This document shows positions 7,302-17,168 of a DNA stretch of 33,003 bases, in pieces. Source of the stretch: Candidatus Harrisonbacteria bacterium. Its GTDB lineage: Bacteria; Patescibacteriota; Minisyncoccia; UBA6257; 1-14-0-10-40-38. Every line of letters begins with the position of its first letter. Positions within the stretch are counted from its first letter, which is position 1. The DNA is taken from NCBI GenBank assembly GCA_023245035.1, contig JAHFLD010000003.1, positions 121,736 through 154,738 of the forward strand. Reading direction: 5' to 3'. The notes beneath the pieces are model-generated. The model was not told the origin of the DNA. It saw only the letters and a program-made list of their open reading frames with translations, and searched no databases. A program made the position numbers and the translations under genes.

Positions 7302-9288
7302 CATAGCGGTAGATTGTTTCTTGATTTTCCGACCAAATAAATCCAAGCGGCGCCTCGAGGGTGATGTCGAGAGCGGCCTTGCTGCCGGATTGTTTTTCAA
7401 AAATAAAATTATAGACGGCGTTGTCGCTGATGGCCGGGCCGACTCGGATGTATTGCAATTCGGTTTTTTTATTTTGGCCTTTTTCGAGCGCGGTCCAGCC
7501 GGCAAAGCCGGTTTTGCCGAACTCGGTGAGTTGGGCAATAGCAAGAAGCGGAATTTTTTCTTCACTTGATTCAATGTTTTCGATGTCAGGGTCACTGGCC
7601 CAGCCCTTGGTCGCGTATATTTTTTTGACAGAGGGCGCTTTTTTATCGGTAAATCCCGCGGCATATTCCGCGACTGCGCCTTCGGGTACCAGCACGGTTA
7701 GATAGTTGTGGTTTATGGCGCGATACCAAGGATCTTTTTCTTTATTGCCCTCGTGGGTTCGATCAATGGTCAGGTAATTGTCTATTTTTCCACTGGCATT
7801 GAGTTTGCTGGAGAGAATGATTTTTTCTTTGATGACGGCGTCGGTCTTGCCGCCGCCGATGTTAGCGTTGATCGCGGCAAGGTAATCGCCCAAGAAGACC
7901 CCGGGAGTTTCTTTGATGTTGCCGGCAATTCCGTTTTGCAAGACGTATTTCTGCAGGCGCTCATCCTTGAGATAGATCATGATATCTTTGGAGCCGACGA
8001 GTTCCGCCAGAATCTGCCGGAACTCTTTTTTGGAGGCGTGACCGGCGAGTCCCGCTAGCAGTTTTGGGGCAAGTGTTTTGAGAATTCGCTTTGGTTCGCC
8101 GGCGCGCTTGTCCTTGCCGGCTTCAACTTCTTTTTGTACCTCGCGTAAAAAATTGTCTTGGCTTATGGTCAGGTCATATTCTGGAAGTTTAATGGGACCG
8201 GTCAGGGTTAATAGTTTTTCGATTACGCCGGTATTCATCGCGATAAGGCCGTCGAAAGTCGTTAGTCTTTCGCGATATATTTTTGACTGTTCAAGAAAGC
8301 CCAGAATTTTTTTGGCAGAGGTTGGAAAGTCAAAAAACCAATTCGCGTCGCGGGCGGCCCAGTTGGTTACGATCCCTTGGAGGGGTTTTGGCGGAATGAT
8401 TTTGGCGTCTAACTGGCCGTCGGGGTCGTAGATATCGGTAACGGTTACGTTGTCTAGACTGCCTTTTTTTGTAATCAGGTCGGCGTAACTGCCGATAAAG
8501 CCGCCGCCCGGACGCATTTCCGAGGGGTTTTGAAAGACGATGGCAAAGTGTCGTTCGAGGTTGGTGTCGAGAACGCTCAAAATCGTGGCGAGCAGATCGG
8601 CTTTTTCCCGCAGATTATCTTGGGCGTTGGCCAGAGTGGCAAGTCCACCGTCTGGCATGAGGCGGGCGATTGAGGTGGAATGCTGAAGGTTGCTTGTGGT
8701 GACGGCGATTGTGGTCAGGCTATTTTTGATGGATTGAATTTTGGCGATTAATTTTTCTCCTTCGCGGTTCAGTATCCAGCTTAGACTGTTTTCCGAGAGG
8801 GAGTTTAATTCCGAAGCGGCAGAGACGGCGGAGGCGCTCGCGGTGCCGATATTTTTGATGGTTTGGGGAATGGCTTTGAGCGCCGGAATGATTTTTCCCC
8901 AGAGCGAAGAAAATTGCGGAATGGCGATCTGATTGGCGCGAGTGCTGATGGTCTGTATTTGATTATCAATAGCGCTCAAAGCCCGTTCTGCTTTTGCCGG
9001 CTCAAAAGTTCGCATGGCCGTTACGGCATTTTTAATCTCCCGCTCCAAGCCGTTTTTGGCCTGCAGTGAAATGGTTTGGAGATGCCAGAGGCCGACGGCG
9101 TAGAGCGCGGCGCTCAAAAGCAAGAGGCCGGCAAAAACCAGGCCTGATATTTTAAGATAACGGCGCAGTCTTGGATGCTCTGTTTTTTCCGCGTCATCAT
9201 CGGTGCTTGCTTCTTTGCTCCACGCCAGGTGGCGGAGCGGGCGCTCCAAGTTTTTTTTGCGGCGAAGGTCAGCGGTGGTGCGGCGCAT
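7222..9288 (-). CDS. DUF4012-like membrane-anchored protein
   Basis: N-terminal TM helix; FQNPSEMRPGGGFIGSY, RDANWFFDFPTSA, NANIGGGKTD motifs recalled for DUF4012 proteins. Confidence 0.75.
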   Translation of the reverse strand: MRRTTADLRRKKNLERPLRHLAWSKEASTDDDAEKTEHPRLRRYLKISGLVFAGLLLLSAALYAVGLWHLQTISLQAKNGLEREIKNAVTAMRTFEPAKAERALSAIDNQIQTISTRANQIAIPQFSSLWGKIIPALKAIPQTIKNIGTASASAVSAASELNSLSENSLSWILNREGEKLIAKIQSIKNSLTTIAVTTSNLQHSTSIARLMPDGGLATLANAQDNLREKADLLATILSVLDTNLERHFAIVFQNPSEMRPGGGFIGSYADLITKKGSLDNVTVTDIYDPDGQLDAKIIPPKPLQGIVTNWAARDANWFFDFPTSAKKILGFLEQSKIYRERLTTFDGLIAMNTGVIEKLLTLTGPIKLPEYDLTISQDNFLREVQKEVEAGKDKRAGEPKRILKTLAPKLLAGLAGHASKKEFRQILAELVGSKDIMIYLKDERLQKYVLQNGIAGNIKETPGVFLGDYLAAINANIGGGKTDAVIKEKIILSSKLNASGKIDNYLTIDRTHEGNKEKDPWYRAINHNYLTVLVPEGAVAEYAAGFTDKKAPSVKKIYATKGWASDPDIENIESSEEKIPLLAIAQLTEFGKTGFAGWTALEKGQNKKTELQYIRVGPAISDNAVYNFIFEKQSGSKAALDITLEAPLGFIWSENQETIYRYVNQNPPGRLELFLKLQSAPPAGQRQP

Positions 9289-10408
9289 ATTGCTCGATTA
9301 TTTCCAGGGTTTTTTTGGCGGTTATCTGCCAGCGAAAGAGGGCGCTGTTTTTGAGTCCTCCGGCAATTTGTCGCGAGCGAAGATTTTGATTGGTGTTTAG
9401 TTCGTCGATAGCCGAAGCGAGCGCTACCGGATCCCAAGGGTTCACGTAGCTCGCGCTCCGCTTGAGGATTTCCGGGAGGGAGGTGCGATCACTAACCACG
9501 ACCGGAGTGCCGCAGATCTGGGCTTCAAGCGGGGGAAAGCCAAATCCCTCAAAGAATGACGGATACACAAAGACCCTGGCTCCAGTATACAGGATTTTTT
9601 TATCAACCTCCGCGACCTCTCCCCAGAAGATGATGTCTTTCAGGTGGGGTGAAAGTTTGGCTTCGGCGATTATGTTTTTATAAAGCCAACCTTTTTTTCC
9701 GGCCAGGATAAGACGGTATTTTTTGTAAGCGGGCTGTTTTTTGAGAAGGTTAAAGGCTCGGATGATCGCCGGAATATTTTTTCTGGGCTCAAGCGTGCCG
9801 AGGTAGAGAATGTAGGGATTATTCAAGTCGGGCGACTTATTTTTTTCACGAGTTAAATCGGTTGCGGGTCGGAGATCTGGATTGACGCCCGAGTGGACGA
9901 CGCTGATTTTTTCCGGCGGCAGGCCCAGGTGTTCGATTAAGTCTTGGCGAGTGTATTCGGACACGGCGATAATGTGCGAGGCCGCGCGTGCTTGGTTTTC
10001 CCATCTTTGGAAGCGATGCCAGATTTTTTGGCGAAAAGAAAAAAAATCCGGGTGGCGGACAAAAGAAATATCGTGAAAGGTGATGACGCGCGGGGTTTTG
10101 TCGGCGACGATAAAATTAAAGTGCGGGCTAAAAATTACGTCAGCCGATGTTTGCCGCCCCAAATCCGGTTGGCTAAAAAGCCCCATGCTTAAATTGAGCG
10201 CTCGATTGGGAATCCGCCAGTTGATGATCTTGTCTTCGTGGCCCGATAAGGTTTTTGGCAGGGGTTTTTTACGGCCACTATTATAGAATAAGAGATAGTC
10301 GTTTTTGCGATCCAATTCCAGTAGATTCAAGGTAAGCGCTTGCACATATTCGCCGATACCGGAATTAACCGCGGGGTTAAGAGAGCGGATATCAATCAGA
10401 ATCCTCAT
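9269..10408 (-). CDS. Glycosyltransferase family 4
   Basis: SGIGEY, TFHD, AVSEYT, YLGTLEPRKNI, FVYPSFFEGFGFPPLEAQICGTPVV. Confidence 0.92.
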   Translation of the reverse strand: MRILIDIRSLNPAVNSGIGEYVQALTLNLLELDRKNDYLLFYNSGRKKPLPKTLSGHEDKIINWRIPNRALNLSMGLFSQPDLGRQTSADVIFSPHFNFIVADKTPRVITFHDISFVRHPDFFSFRQKIWHRFQRWENQARAASHIIAVSEYTRQDLIEHLGLPPEKISVVHSGVNPDLRPATDLTREKNKSPDLNNPYILYLGTLEPRKNIPAIIRAFNLLKKQPAYKKYRLILAGKKGWLYKNIIAEAKLSPHLKDIIFWGEVAEVDKKILYTGARVFVYPSFFEGFGFPPLEAQICGTPVVVSDRTSLPEILKRSASYVNPWDPVALASAIDELNTNQNLRSRQIAGGLKNSALFRWQITAKKTLEIIEQYAPHHR

Positions 10409-10474
10409 GTCTTCACGCTATCATTCCTTGATTTTCTTGCAAATTTTATCAATCGGGTGTAGGATCATTTTCTT

Positions 10475-10795
10475 ATGATTGATGTCCAAATTTTGCCCAA
10501 GATCAAGCCCGGCGCCATGGTGCGCGTTTTTGAGAAGGTTAAAGAGGGCGATAAAGAGCGAATAGCTCGGTTTGAGGGCGTGGTGCTTGCGCGAAAACAC
10601 GGTTCGGAAGCCGGGGCGACTTTTACCGTGCGCGGTACGGTAGCGGAAATTGGCGTCGAAAAATTGTATCCGATTCATTCCCCGGTGATTGATAGTGTCC
10701 AAGTGACGAGCTCGCCAAAAAAGGTGCATCGCGCCAAGCTTTATTACATTCGCGATATTTCGCGGAAGCGTCTCCGCCAGAAGTTAGGATTGTAA
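10475..10795 (+). CDS. rplS: 50S ribosomal protein L19
   Basis: VRVFEKVKEGDKERIARFEGVVLAR, TFTVR, GVEKLYPIHSP, RAKLYYIRD. Confidence 0.97.
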   Translation: MIDVQILPKIKPGAMVRVFEKVKEGDKERIARFEGVVLARKHGSEAGATFTVRGTVAEIGVEKLYPIHSPVIDSVQVTSSPKKVHRAKLYYIRDISRKRLRQKLGL

Positions 10796-10868
10796 TTTGC
10801 GAAGTTATAAATTTTGATTCTTTCGCCGATTTGTTAGGCGACGTTTCGTGGGTTAAAATCTTAAACAA

Positions 10869-10952
10869 GCCCGGGTGGCGAAACGGCAGACGCACTACCT
10901 TGAGGTGGTAGCGCCGAAAGGCGTGCAGGTTCAACTCCTGTCCCGGGCACCA
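10869..10952 (+). tRNA. tRNA-Leu(GAG)
   Basis: Acceptor GCCCGGG/CCCGGGC, anticodon arm CTACC-TTGAGGT-GGTAG, variable arm, encoded CCA. Confidence 0.95.
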
Positions 10953-11000
10953 GAACAGAACTTAACGACTTTGAAATTTTTTTGCGTTAGGCGTTTTTTC

Positions 11001-11031
11001 AAAAAAAACCGCCCAGCTTTGCGGCTGGGCG
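11001..11031 (-). terminator. Intrinsic terminator for the 11040..11642 gene
   Basis: CGCCCAGC/GCTGGGCG stem followed by 8 U on the minus strand. Confidence 0.8.
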
Positions 11032-11039
11032 TTGACGAG

Positions 11040-11642
11040 CTAGGCGGCCAAGAGGAGCCAACCGTTCCTGTTTTTTAGGAGCGGCATATATTCCATGGCG
11101 AGATCGGCGAGCGGAGAGAGATGTTGCGTTTGGTCGTGGCGTTCCAGCAGGTAGAAGGCGAAGAGATAGAAGAGAATGCCGTGCAAATTGACGTGAGCGG
11201 TGGAGCGAATGAGCGTATTCCAATCGGTGGCGATTTTGCCGGCGATTCCCTTGGTGCAGTCGGTTCCGATGATTCCGTGGAGTTTTCCGGTCAACATCAG
11301 ACGCGTCGCGGTATTGAGAACTTTAATCTCGGCGAAGTGCTTGCGGGCCAAAGCATCCACGAGCGGTACGGCTTCCATGTCAACAATCGTTTTCGGTTTG
11401 GCGTGCTGGCGCGAGATGAGGACGACTTCGGTGGTCTCACATCCGACTGCTTGGCAAATGATTCGGGCCGTCGCTCCCTTGTTGCAATCTCCGGCATCCC
11501 GCAGCGGATACATCGTGTGTTCCGGCTGGCTGAGTCTCTCGAGTCGGTTCAAAATCGGCACGATCTCGTTCCGGAAGGTTATCGGTGTTATCCGACCCTC
11601 CAGAAACTCTCGCAGTTGCAGGACAGCCGATCGTTCACTCAT
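11040..11642 (-). CDS. Hypothetical protein (orphan)
   Basis: 200-aa ORF with AGGAG SD, upstream promoter and downstream terminator; overlapping plus-strand ORFs lack such signals. Confidence 0.7.
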   Translation of the reverse strand: MSERSAVLQLREFLEGRITPITFRNEIVPILNRLERLSQPEHTMYPLRDAGDCNKGATARIICQAVGCETTEVVLISRQHAKPKTIVDMEAVPLVDALARKHFAEIKVLNTATRLMLTGKLHGIIGTDCTKGIAGKIATDWNTLIRSTAHVNLHGILFYLFAFYLLERHDQTQHLSPLADLAMEYMPLLKNRNGWLLLAA

Positions 11643-11675
11643 GAGATTCTGATCTCCTGTAGAAGCGGGTCAAGT

Positions 11676-11756
11676 TGTCAAAGAGCCGTATTGAACGAAA
11701 ATGAGCCTTTCGCAAAGCTCATTGGACTATGATAATCATTTTGCCCCGGAAGTCAA
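11676..11756 (-). promoter_or_regulatory. sigma70 promoter, leader hairpin and boxA-like motif
   Basis: Minus strand: TTGACT, 16-nt spacer, TATCAT; hairpin AATGAGC..GCTCATT (11700-11723); GGCTCTTTGACA (11687-11676). Confidence 0.65.
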
Positions 11757-11798
11757 TATTTACTAAATTTACTAAAAAACTCGCCACATAACTATTGG

Positions 11799-12008
11799 TT
11801 ATTTGGTTTTTTCGATGGCCAGATTGATAATTTCCGCGAGTAGCTGGTTTTCCGGTTTAGAGAAGTTTTCCGGTGTGAATAAGCTGCCGGTTTTGGTTTT
11901 TTGCGGCAGTGCTTCGGGCGAAGCTTTAAGCGAATTGTGGCCGACTACCAATCCCAGGAGCGCAGTGATGGAGATGGTGACGATGGCGGATTTTTTGGTA
12001 ATTTTCAT
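11799..12008 (-). CDS. Small secreted or membrane-anchored hypothetical protein
   Basis: Signal-peptide-like N-terminus MKITKKSAIVTISITALLGLVVG; starts 15 nt after the upstream gene. Confidence 0.55.
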   Translation of the reverse strand: MKITKKSAIVTISITALLGLVVGHNSLKASPEALPQKTKTGSLFTPENFSKPENQLLAEIINLAIEKTK

Positions 12009-12023
12009 AACGACAATTTCCGA

Positions 12024-12632
12024 TTAGTGTTTTTGCGTTGGTAGCCAGACAATATTTTCCGCCGTTTTTTCGAGGTGCTTCATTTTGAGGAGTGTTCCGT
12101 CGGCAAAAATGATTTCCGCGTTTTGGACGAGGCCGTTCATGTCGCTTTCAAGCGCGTAGGAGATTGCTTGGCTTTCATCAGCACTTTCATCTTTGACGTT
12201 GACGGCCGTTCCCTCCTCGCGAGTGTGGCATTTTTTTATTTCCCGGGTTTCGCGCGCCGTTTTTTGGGTATCAGATTGAATCCGCGGAGCAGGCAGACAT
12301 CGATCGGCAATTTCCACGGTTGAAAAGCCGGTTGAGCGGTAGATTTCGCCGTTTATGGCGATGATGGTTAAGGTTATCCCGTTTAGATTATTGAAACCGA
12401 TAGGGTAGAGGCGGATATTGCCGAAGACGGCCAGTACGTCGTGATCAAGTTCGCGGCAGGCTTTGGTTGACGGGTCGGTGGAACAGAAGCTGGCGCGAAT
12501 GGCTTTTTCGATAACCGCCGTGCGCACGGTTTCTTTGGTTATGGTAACGCCGGAGGCTTGGCGAATGAGAAGGACTGGCACTAAAGCGAGCAGAATGGCG
12601 ATTCCTGCCGTGAGGAGAAGTTTTTTACTCAT
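12024..12632 (-). CDS. Secreted hypothetical protein
   Basis: MSKKLLLTAGIAILLALVPVLLI signal/TM segment; TTGACA-N16-TACAAT 8 nt before ATG 12632; four Cys. Confidence 0.65.
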   Translation of the reverse strand: MSKKLLLTAGIAILLALVPVLLIRQASGVTITKETVRTAVIEKAIRASFCSTDPSTKACRELDHDVLAVFGNIRLYPIGFNNLNGITLTIIAINGEIYRSTGFSTVEIADRCLPAPRIQSDTQKTARETREIKKCHTREEGTAVNVKDESADESQAISYALESDMNGLVQNAEIIFADGTLLKMKHLEKTAENIVWLPTQKH

Positions 12633-12684
12633 AGGCAGGCATTGTATGCCTAACCGGCGGGCTGTCAAATACGAACTCAAACGT

Positions 12685-13368
12685 TTAGGATTTTATCTCG
12701 TAGTCCTTGAACAGCTTGGGGAGCATCATTTCCGGGCGCCATTCTTTTTGGAGGCGAACAATATTGGCGTGAGTTTGGTACTTGCCCTCATGGTGATAGT
12801 CGTGATCAAGGACCGGTTCCACTTCAAAGAAGGCGATTTGGGCGATGCGACGGCCGACGACGAGCGGGATTTGGTAGTAGCGGCTGTTGTTGGTAATTTC
12901 CATAGTCCAGCGATTTATATAGCCAACATCACCCCAGCCGGCGCACTTACAAACTTCCAAAAAATTGCGTCCCCAGCTGGAGCGAGCCTTCATCATGGTG
13001 GTGACGATACCGTTGCCGCCGCCGATAAACTCTCGGGTATGTCCAAGGATCGTTTCGCCGGGCGCGATCCAAATAACTTTGTCCGCGGGTGAGATTCCCG
13101 ATTGAAGTTCCGGGTGTTCGCCATGACGAGTGAGCCACTCTTTCATCGGCCGAGCGGTTTCGAACTTGGCGCCCCAAACGCGTTTTACCTCTTGTTCCGA
13201 ATAGGGATTGTAAATAGTGTAGCCTTCTTGCGGGCGGGTTTCCCGGTAGTAGTTTTCTCCAAGCGTAACGTCGTAGCTTACTGTTCCCAGATTTTTTTGG
13301 TTGAACGGAGTGATGACGATATTTCCTTTTTTTTGATGGCGCAGAATGGCGGTGTTGGAAAGTAGCAT
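12685..13368 (-). CDS. dcd: dCTP deaminase
   Basis: MLLSN, SYDVTLG, APGETILGHTREF, ARSSWGR, GDVGY..TMEITN, RIAQIAF, GKYQ. Confidence 0.85.
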   Translation of the reverse strand: MLLSNTAILRHQKKGNIVITPFNQKNLGTVSYDVTLGENYYRETRPQEGYTIYNPYSEQEVKRVWGAKFETARPMKEWLTRHGEHPELQSGISPADKVIWIAPGETILGHTREFIGGGNGIVTTMMKARSSWGRNFLEVCKCAGWGDVGYINRWTMEITNNSRYYQIPLVVGRRIAQIAFFEVEPVLDHDYHHEGKYQTHANIVRLQKEWRPEMMLPKLFKDYEIKS

Positions 13369-13427
13369 ATTTTTTCTTTTACTTTATCACGATTTCGCGG
13401 TGGCTCATATTTTGTTAGACTGACGCG

Positions 13428-13958
13428 GTGCAGGAATATACTTTGACTGGCATAGTGCTCGATAAGTTGCCGTTTAAGGAGCAGGACGTTACTTGCGTCT
13501 TGTATACCGAGGAGTTGGGACGAATTCGCGCCACGGCCCATGGCGGCCGCAAGATTACCTCCAAACTTTCGGCTCACCTGGAGCCACTCAACGTTTCGCA
13601 GATACGTTTGGTGGGCGGGGTTTTGACCGAGGGCGGCGGTTTGCGTTTTTCGATTGCCGACGCGCTGACTCTTTATCGGCTTGATGCCGGATTTTTTCCA
13701 CTTATAAATATGGTGGCGCGAATGACTCCTTGGCAGGAGCCGGATCCGGATTTGTGGCAGTTGTTGATTGCGGGCGGGCCACTTCCTTCCGGACGGCAAT
13801 TGCTTTCGGTTTTGGGATTTGATCCGCAGAACGCGCGTTGCGAGCTCTGTGGCCAAAGCGGAGTCACTTATTTTATATTTGATGGTTTTTTCTATACTTG
13901 CGCCGCTTGTCCGCCGCCCATAGCTTCGCCGGCTGATTATTTTGAATTTACCGCTTAA
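13428..13958 (+). CDS. recO: DNA repair protein RecO (short form)
   Basis: GIVL..FKEQD..LYTEELGRIRATAHGGRKITSKLSAHLEP OB-fold and CELC...CAAC zinc finger. Confidence 0.85.
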   Translation: MQEYTLTGIVLDKLPFKEQDVTCVLYTEELGRIRATAHGGRKITSKLSAHLEPLNVSQIRLVGGVLTEGGGLRFSIADALTLYRLDAGFFPLINMVARMTPWQEPDPDLWQLLIAGGPLPSGRQLLSVLGFDPQNARCELCGQSGVTYFIFDGFFYTCAACPPPIASPADYFEFTA

Positions 13959-13976
13959 CGGTTTATACTGGTAGAG

Positions 13977-15698
13977 ATGTTTCGCCGACCGCTCGTAATA
14001 GGGGTCTTTGCTTTTTTTCTGTTGCTTTCGGGGGTGCTGGTTTTTTTGTGGTACCAGTCGCACACCGCCCAAGGTTTGACACTGGGGCTTATCGTTCCGG
14101 AGAGGGTTTTAATCGGCGTGCCGTTTGATTTGAAGGTGACTTTGAGCAACGATTCAAGCAATGTTTTAAATGATGCCAGGCTGAAGCTTTTTTTGCCGGA
14201 TGGCGTGATTTTCGCGGGTGAGTCGGAGGATAAGCGCCTGCGAGCAAAACCGCTGGGTAATTTAGGGGCGGGAAGCTCCAGCGAGGAGACGATTAGCTTG
14301 CTCGCGCTCGATGGGGAAAACACTTTACAGGCGGTGCGGGCGACGGTGGATTATCTGCCGACATCGCTGGGCGGACGCTTTGAGCGTACCGAGAAGGCCG
14401 CTTTTACCATTTTTGGACAAAGCGTGGCGGTGGATATGACGCCGCCCAAGAAAATTTTTAGCGGGGAGGATTTTGAGTTTGAGGTGGTTTATAAAAATAT
14501 TTCCACCGAAGATATTCCGACCTTGGCGTTGACCTTGGATTATCCAAACGCTTTCAAGTTGGTTAGTTCTTCAATCGCGCCCGAGCCGGGAAGTTCAACT
14601 TGGAAGATTTTTGACCTCAAGCCGGGTGTTGAGGGGCGGTTTAAACTCAAGGGACGGCTTATCGGTCCCGAGAACGCTTTTTATGATTTAGTAATCCGCG
14701 CCGAGCGTGATTTTTCGGGACGAGTATATTTGGTGCGCTCGACGCAGGCGGCGATTGCCATCGCGCCGTCGCCACTCGCGTTTTCCATAGATTTGAACAG
14801 TGATCCGAATTATATCGTTCAACCCGGGGACGATTTAAACTACGTCTTGCGTTATCGGAATGGAACGGATGTGGCGCTTAAGGATGTGATTATTCGCGCC
14901 CGACTTCTTGGCGAGATGTTTGATCTGACCCAGTTAATCTCTGATGCTTCGTTGCGGGCGTCGGATAACACGCTAATTTGGACGGCGGGAGTCGCTCCGG
15001 AGCTGGCCTTGCTTCAGCCGGGAGCTTCCGGATCGGTGACCTTTCGCTTGCGGGCGCTGCAACAATATCCAATTAAGAGGTTTAGCGACCGTAATTTTAC
15101 TTTGCGGATTTCGGCCGAGATTGAGTCGCCAACGGTGCCCAGATTTGTGGGTTCCAGCAAGACGACGACTTTGGTGAAATTGGAATCTAAAGTCGCGGGG
15201 AGGGTGGCGATTTCGGCGCAGGCGTTTTTCCGCGATGCCGCTTCGGGGATTCTAAACAAGGGGTCGTTGCCGCTTGCGGTTGGCAACGCGACGCAGTTTA
15301 CTTTGCATTGGAAGGTGACTAATTTTAGTACGGATGTCCGTGATTTGACCTTGCGAGCCTCTTTGGGCGGAAACGTTCGAGCGACCGGCGTAATCAAGAG
15401 CAATGGAGCAACGACTCCGACCTACAACGAGCGGACGCAGGAGCTGGCGTGGAACATTCCTAAAATCGGAGCGACCAAGGGCGTGCTCGACGAACCGCTG
15501 GAGGCGATTATTCAAGTGGAGGCGATTCCGGGATTGAATCAAGTCGGGCAGTATCTTAAACTGCTTCAGCTGACCAGCGGATCGGCAACCGATGATTTTA
15601 CCGGTCAAAAAATTGAGTTTCAGGCGCCGGAGGTGACAACGCTTTTGGCCTCTGATCCGACGGTGCAATCCAACCAAGGTGTAGTCAAAGCTCAATAG
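13977..15698 (+). CDS. Membrane-anchored Ig-like repeat (DUF11-like) protein
   Basis: N-terminal TM helix; repeated beta-sandwich motifs such as VQPGDDLNYVLRYRNGT, LTLDYPNAFKLVSS, W..L.PG.SGSVTF. Confidence 0.65.
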   Translation: MFRRPLVIGVFAFFLLLSGVLVFLWYQSHTAQGLTLGLIVPERVLIGVPFDLKVTLSNDSSNVLNDARLKLFLPDGVIFAGESEDKRLRAKPLGNLGAGSSSEETISLLALDGENTLQAVRATVDYLPTSLGGRFERTEKAAFTIFGQSVAVDMTPPKKIFSGEDFEFEVVYKNISTEDIPTLALTLDYPNAFKLVSSSIAPEPGSSTWKIFDLKPGVEGRFKLKGRLIGPENAFYDLVIRAERDFSGRVYLVRSTQAAIAIAPSPLAFSIDLNSDPNYIVQPGDDLNYVLRYRNGTDVALKDVIIRARLLGEMFDLTQLISDASLRASDNTLIWTAGVAPELALLQPGASGSVTFRLRALQQYPIKRFSDRNFTLRISAEIESPTVPRFVGSSKTTTLVKLESKVAGRVAISAQAFFRDAASGILNKGSLPLAVGNATQFTLHWKVTNFSTDVRDLTLRASLGGNVRATGVIKSNGATTPTYNERTQELAWNIPKIGATKGVLDEPLEAIIQVEAIPGLNQVGQYLKLLQLTSGSATDDFTGQKIEFQAPEVTTLLASDPTVQSNQGVVKAQ

Positions 15699-15700
15699 AT

Positions 15701-17164
15701 ATGATTTCCAAAAAAACCGAAGAACAGGGAGAAAATAAAATGGAAAAAATAATTTCGCTTTGCAAGCGGCGGGGTTTTGTTTTTCCGGGTTCGGAGATCT
15801 ATGGCGGTTTGGCGAATTCCTGGGATTTTGGGCCCTTGGGCGTGGAGCTAAAGAATAATATTAAGACCGAATGGTGGAACCGGTTTGTGCGCCGACGCGC
15901 TGATATGGTTGGCATCGAGACGGCCTTGATTATGAGCCCGAAGGTTTGGGAGGCTTCCGGACACTTGAAGGAGTTTTCGGATCCTTTGGTGGAGTGCAAA
16001 AAATGCCACAGCCGTTTTCGCGCCGATCAAGACAATGGAAGCTTGAAAGCGGAGCTGGTGTTTTTGAAAGAAGCTGAAGCAGACGGGGAAAATCCGATGA
16101 AGGTTTCCGGAAAAGTTGTTCGATATCGATTGAGCGGCAAGTGCCCGGTTTGTGATTCACCGGCAGACGCGGATAGCTTTACCTCTCCAGCGAGCTTTAA
16201 TCTGATGCTCAAGACGTTTTTGGGTCCGGCGCAAGAGAAGGCCAACGAGGTTTATTTTCGGCCAGAAACCGCGCAGGGGATGTTTGTTAATTTTAAAAAT
16301 GTTTTAAATACCACGCGGCGCAAATTGCCGTTTGGCATCGCTCAAATCGGCAAGGCTTTTCGCAACGAGATTACTCCGGGAAATTTTATTTTTCGGACGC
16401 GCGAGTTTGAACAAATGGAGATTGAATACTTTATTCCGGAGCCGAAGGCCGATCATGACTGGCAGAAGTATTTTGAGCACTGGAAGAATGAGATGAAGTC
16501 GTGGTTGCGAGACTTGGGCGTAAGCGAGAGCCGCCTGCATTTTGAGGATATTCCCGAGGGCGAGCGAGCTCATTATTCCAAGCGGACGATGGATGTTGAG
16601 TATGATTTTCCTTTCGGCCGCAAAGAACTTTATGGCTTGGCCTATCGCGGTAATTTTGATTTGTCGGCGCACGCGCAAGGAAGCGGGGAAGACCTGCAAT
16701 ACACCGATCCGGAGACCGGAGCGAAATTTATTCCGCATGTAATTGAGCCGACTTGGGGTGTGGAGCGGACGGCGCTGGTCGCGTTGCTTGAGGCCTATTC
16801 CGAGGAAAAAACCCCCTCAACTGACGGCGAGGGCGAGGCGCGAACGGTTTTAAAATTTCCATTTTGGCTGGCGCCGGTCAAGATCGCGGTTTTGCCCTTG
16901 TCCAAAAAGGAGGAGCTGTCCGCTTTCGCCAAGCCATTGTTTGAAACTTTGATTCAGCACTTTGCTTGCGAGTATGACGAGACGCAATCTATCGGCAAGC
17001 GATATCGCAGGCAGGACGAAATTGGCACGCCGTTTTGCGTGACGGTGGATTTTGATTCGCTTAAGGATCGAGCGGTAACAGTGCGGCATCGCGATACGAT
17101 GGAACAAGAGCGGGTGCCGATTGAGAATTTGGTTGCGCATTTTTCCGAAAAATTCGCCCGTTAA
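15701..17164 (+). CDS. glyQS: Glycine--tRNA ligase, single-subunit (alpha2) type
   Basis: LCKRRGF..GSEIYGG, RPETAQG, FRNEITPGNFIFRTREFEQME, PHVIEP, SIGKRYRRQDEIGTP; start could be the second Met (15740). Confidence 0.96.
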   Translation: MISKKTEEQGENKMEKIISLCKRRGFVFPGSEIYGGLANSWDFGPLGVELKNNIKTEWWNRFVRRRADMVGIETALIMSPKVWEASGHLKEFSDPLVECKKCHSRFRADQDNGSLKAELVFLKEAEADGENPMKVSGKVVRYRLSGKCPVCDSPADADSFTSPASFNLMLKTFLGPAQEKANEVYFRPETAQGMFVNFKNVLNTTRRKLPFGIAQIGKAFRNEITPGNFIFRTREFEQMEIEYFIPEPKADHDWQKYFEHWKNEMKSWLRDLGVSESRLHFEDIPEGERAHYSKRTMDVEYDFPFGRKELYGLAYRGNFDLSAHAQGSGEDLQYTDPETGAKFIPHVIEPTWGVERTALVALLEAYSEEKTPSTDGEGEARTVLKFPFWLAPVKIAVLPLSKKEELSAFAKPLFETLIQHFACEYDETQSIGKRYRRQDEIGTPFCVTVDFDSLKDRAVTVRHRDTMEQERVPIENLVAHFSEKFAR

Positions 17165-17168
17165 GATT

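Noticed and set aside
11121-11732. 203-aa and 150-aa plus-strand ORFs
   Set aside because: Antisense shadows of 11040..11642; expression signals support the minus strand.
12463-14072. Long ORFs 12463..13092(+) and 13278..14072(-)
   Set aside because: They lie antisense to dcd and recO and show no recognisable motifs.
16020-16150. Insertion in GlyRS as an intein or mobile insert
   Set aside because: It lies in the normally variable zinc-binding insertion of alpha2 GlyRS and has no intein motifs.
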